Shown in pieces: positions 46,601 to 49,424 of a stretch of DNA of 49,424 nucleotides. This stretch comes from Amoebophrya sp. A120 (taxonomy: Eukaryota > Protista > Dinoflagellata), in NCBI GenBank assembly GCA_905178155.1, contig CAJINV010000003.1:8108245-8157668 (forward strand), written 5' to 3'. Positions within the stretch are counted from its first letter, which is position 1. Each line of letters starts with the position of its first letter. Below the pieces are notes generated by a model, which had not been told where the DNA came from, did not search any database, and was given only the letters and a program-made list of their open reading frames with translations. Both the position numbers and the translations under genes were made by a program.

Positions 46601-47528
46601 TGCTCCGCTACGGTTTTCTTTTACGGAGGCACGGGTGTGCTTTTCGGATCAGAGATTCGAGCAAGCAAAGTAGCGAACTTGCTCTAGTGCCTTCTTTACT
46701 GCTTCGCTCTTTGTAAGACGGCTTGGTCTCTCTCCAAATGCATTAGAGCAACCTCGTGTCTGATTACAGTGCGCGCGCCAATGTCTTCAGTGCGGGTAGG
46801 TTTTTCGCACTGTGTGGACCTGATGCGGAGAGGCGGGGAATTGCATCGGAGCAAACTTCCAAAAACCTGCTGCAACAACCCCTTCCGAGGCCTTTTTCGT
46901 GCTTATCAGCCCAAGCAGGTCAAATTGTCTTCGAGCTCCTACATTTTGCGCAGATGCTGGCGCGGATGAAAATTTTACACCTTTAAGGTACGACCTACGT
47001 TGGATTTGGAATCTTGGTTACCAATACAAACAAGAAGTCGACTTCATTCACCTGCTTGCGCCACTCTTTCTCGGTCTGCTGTATGAAGTCGTTGTGGACA
47101 CGCTCTGTTTGAGTGTGGAGCAGAACATGTACTGTGTTCCGGTCGATAAACAGTGGGAAAACTGGCCAAAAGGCTGGAACTGGAAATGGAACAATGCGAC
47201 CCCGAAGTGCGAACTCCGTGGACTTGCCGGGGAGGAGGCGAGCCAGAAAAAGACGGAGTTGGACGAAGAAAATAAAGGGTCTATTGAAGATATTCCGGCG
47301 TCTGCAGAGGAAACGAGCCGGCGCTTGCTCTTTTTCTACGTCGCCATTCTGATTGGCTGCTACTTTCATTTTATGTACGCCTTTGACATGACTGCTTCCA
47401 TCTACTTTGCGTGCGGAGGATGGGCTGAGGTTCGCACGGATTTTTTCTACTACAACGTTTGCGCATCCACTCCGGATTGTATTGATCTCAGAGACGGCTA
47501 CAAAGTGCTCAACGAGTATTGCGAATAG
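40630..47528 (+). CDS. Uncharacterised multi-pass membrane protein interrupted by large direct-repeat-flanked inserts (could be a pseudogene)
   Basis: Segments 40630-41085, ~44457-44650, ~44960-45469, 45687-45839, 46988-47528 are frame-compatible and contain several hydrophobic helices; GT-AG introns 45470-45686 and 45840-46987; junction at 44650-44960 unresolved. Confidence 0.6.
41118..41374 (+). mobile_element. Introner element, family A-related (257 bp)
   Basis: Left TIR TATCAAAGGCAAATATGTCTGGGTCTGGAAG; right end ACATATTTGCATTTCATA; TSD GGAGC. Confidence 0.88.
41456..41664. mobile_element. Introner element (209 bp) nested inside an intron
   Basis: TIR TATCGCAAGAAAAAACTGTTTCACTGT / ACAGTGAAACAGTTTTGTCGTGGGATA; flanks TATTA/TAATA. 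Confidence 0.8.
41965..42073. mobile_element. Truncated introner (same TIR family as 42555), cut by repeat copy 2
   Basis: TATCCTGTGCAAAAGTATCG start; inner inverted repeat ATGCATTACAAAT/ATTTGTAATGCAT present but outer right TIR missing. Confidence 0.75.
42319..42493 (+). mobile_element. Introner family A, internally deleted copy (175 bp)
   Basis: Family A TIRs; TSD CCGCA; removal restores the CCP frame. Confidence 0.92.
42555..42707. mobile_element. Introner element family E (153 bp)
   Basis: TIR TATCCTGTGCAAAAGTATCGTA / TACGATACTTTTGCAGTTCATA; TSD GACCG; removal restores the CCP frame. Confidence 0.9.
42841..43122. mobile_element. Introner element, family D-related (282 bp)
   Basis: TIR TATCCTGTGTAAAAACGTCCACACTTC / GAAGTGGGGACGTTTTTTGTCAGGATA; TSD TCGTG splits the ASW of HPGEANASW. 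Confidence 0.9.
43313..43388. mobile_element. Truncated introner left end (family F); a right end of the same family lies at ~42235-42259
   Basis: TATGAAAGTGCACAACTCC is the near reverse complement of GGAGTTGTGCACTTCCATA. Confidence 0.75.
43444..44260 (+). pseudogene. Captured Ser/Thr-rich coding fragment of an unidentified gene
   Basis: Frame of ORF 43472 is open from the repeat junction to an introner start at 44261; no domain recognised. Confidence 0.55.
44261..44418 (+). mobile_element. Truncated family A introner, cut by repeat copy 4
   Basis: TATCAAATGCAAAATGTCTGGGTCTG plus family A interior (ATGCCTATCCTGCATGAGAAACT); no right TIR. Confidence 0.85.
44775..44965. repeat. Degenerate C-rich short repeats (CAGGGGGCCCC, CCCGCTGGGTATCC, CCCGCCCTTTCGCCCGC)
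   Basis: Direct reading; probably intronic. Confidence 0.6.
45839..47026. mobile_element. ~1.1 kb insertion flanked by a 40-nt duplication of host coding sequence; forms GT-AG intron 45840-46987
   Basis: 45839-45878 vs 46987-47026, 38/40 identical, both encoding [13 protein letters not shown]. Confidence 0.8.
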
Positions 47529-48419
47529 TCACGACAGATGGGTAGCGGTTGTATTCGAGATCCTCCGCACATTTCGTTACAGTGTTTCACATCCCGTCCC
47601 CCTCAGCTTATTCATTGAAAATAAAAAATTTCTATTTCGATTTCGAGGAAGCCTGGCTGTCTGCACTAGCTCTTGCCTATAATAACAGAAAAAGAAAAAC
47701 CTTCACCTTGTTGCTCTTTGAGTTGCAAACGCAATGTAATTGATGCCGTAAGCAAGGCAGACAACAGATAATTGCGTGGCCATTCTGATTTTGTTTGCCT
47801 CATCTTTTTATTCTAGGAGGTAAGCCTGCCATGCCGCATACTTTTTTTTTTGCTTCTACGAATTACTCCACCACCAGTGTGTTACATAAGAAATAACCGC
47901 ATTAGTTTCACCATGTCACTCTCATTGTTATGCTTTGTTTCATTTTAATGAATTAGATCAACATGGATACTAGAAGACCTTCTAGGAAGGTGATCGACTT
48001 TGGTTTCGGTTTCCGATCCGAATTTTCTGCATGATGCCATCGCGGTTCGCCGTCTGTAGGATAGAAAAAACTACTCCGAAGTGTCGGAGCCACAAGCAAT
48101 TTGGCAACAGAACAGCACGGGACGGTAAGCGCAGTTGTTGCGCAGACCATATTGACCTTCATTTGTTCATCCTTGGCTTCACAGTGAACAATTGTGTACT
48201 GTAGGGCAGTGTTGATGTCTACTTCGACTTTGAACAACGATGAAGCGCTTGTTGTTCTTATCAGAATGAAAAGCACCCCCCCCCCCTCAAACAAATGACA
48301 ACCAAAGTAAATGCAAAGCAAATGCAAAGCAAAAAACGTCAAATGTTTCTTTTGGAAACATTTGAAAAAGACAAAACAAAAAAAATGCGTGCCGTGCAAG
48401 TGTGTTTTGCGTAAAATGC

Positions 48420-49192
48420 ATTTGCCCGGGCGGCAGATACAGAGTGGGAATGCGAAAAGTTGCATTTTATGGGATGCGCCATAGCATGTGGAATGGCTCA
48501 CGGGCGTGGCCCGCGAGGACCGCCGTAGCAGGCTGATTCGGTTTTGTGACAAAAAAGAGCAGTTTTCTGATGCGGCGCCGTGCCGTCGTGATTCGCGTCC
48601 AGTGGTGCTGCCCGGGTGGCAGATACAGACCGGGGACCTCGGAAAAAGCAAAAAGCTGCGCTTTAATGGGATGCGCCATAGCATGCGGAATGGCTCACGG
48701 GCGTGGCCCGCGAGGACCGCCGTAGCAGGCGGATTCGGCTTTATGACAAAAGAGAACAGTTTTCTGATGCGGCGCCGTGCCGTCGTGATTCGCGTCCAGC
48801 GGTTCTGCCCGGGTGGCAGATACGGACCGGGGACCTCGAAAGAACTAAAAAGCTGCGTTTTTTTGGGGTTGCGCCGTAGCATGCGGAATGGCGCACGGGC
48901 GTGGCCCGCGAGGACCGCCGCAGCAGGCGGGTTCAGTTTTGTTACAAAAAAAGGCAATTTTCTGACGCGGCGCCGTGCCATCGTGATTGGCGTCTAGCGG
49001 TTCGGTCCGGGCGGTAGATACAGACCGGGGGCCTCGAAAGAAGCAAAAAGCTGCGTTTTTATGGGATGCGCCATAGCATGCGGAATGGCTCACGGGCGTG
49101 GCCCGCGAGGACCGCTGTAGCAGGCGGATCCGGTTTTATGACAAAGAAGAGCAGTTTTCTGTTGCGGCGCCGTGCCGTCGAGATTCGCGCCC
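48420..49192. repeat. ~197-bp tandem satellite, ~4 diverged copies
   Basis: CACGGGCGTGGCCCGCGAGGACCGC and GCGGCGCCGTGCC recur with ~196-199 nt spacing. Confidence 0.92.
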
Positions 49193-49203
49193 AGCGGAAT
49201 CTT

Positions 49204-49424
49204 GCACAGAACCGGGCCAGCGCCCAACAGACAAGAGAGCGGCGGCCACGTCGGCCCCAATGGCCAGCGTCTCGGCTTGCACAAAGGGCCCGCGGCAGGC
49301 CAACAGCCTCGCGGAAGTGCTAACATGCAAGATGTGGGCACTTTCCTGGCAAAAGATGCCCAAATGTTGCACAGAACCTGGCCGGCGCCAAACAGACAAG
49401 AGAGCGGCGGCCGCGTCGGCCCCA
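49204..49424. repeat. Second tandem repeat, ~165-nt period, running off the window edge
   Basis: GCACAGAACC...ACAGACAAGAGAGCGGCGGCC.CGTCGGCCCCA at ~49204 and ~49369. Confidence 0.8.

Noticed and set aside
47953-48981. 342-aa minus-strand ORF
   Set aside because: Read-through of the ~198-nt satellite and A-rich low-complexity DNA

Overview
Eukaryotic, gene-dense, intron-rich DNA with all well-supported genes on the + strand. The mix of canonical GT-AG introns and non-canonical introns made of MITE-like inverted-repeat elements resembles the introner-invaded genomes of Amoebophrya/Syndiniales (taxon is inference). Genes: a 5'-partial hypothetical protein, VPS37-like, an NAD-dependent epimerase with a signal peptide, a ~3000-aa four-repeat ion channel with an IQ motif, two RS/low-complexity proteins and a multi-pass membrane protein. 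At least 11 complete introner elements of several families share TAT...ATA termini and a 5-bp target duplication, and removing each exonic one restores the reading frame. The most unusual structure lies inside the last gene. A 45-60 nt stretch of its own coding sequence occurs four times, separated by three ~1-1.3 kb unspliced fragments of unrelated genes (KH-domain gene, cytosolic carboxypeptidase, S/T-rich ORF), forming a repeat-spacer gene-capture array. A second ~1.1 kb insert flanked by a 40-nt duplication lies downstream in the same gene. There is also a highly structured ~1.2-1.35 kb tandem repeat at 2.4-5.3 kb and a ~200-bp satellite at the right end. All splicing is inferred by eye without transcript data.
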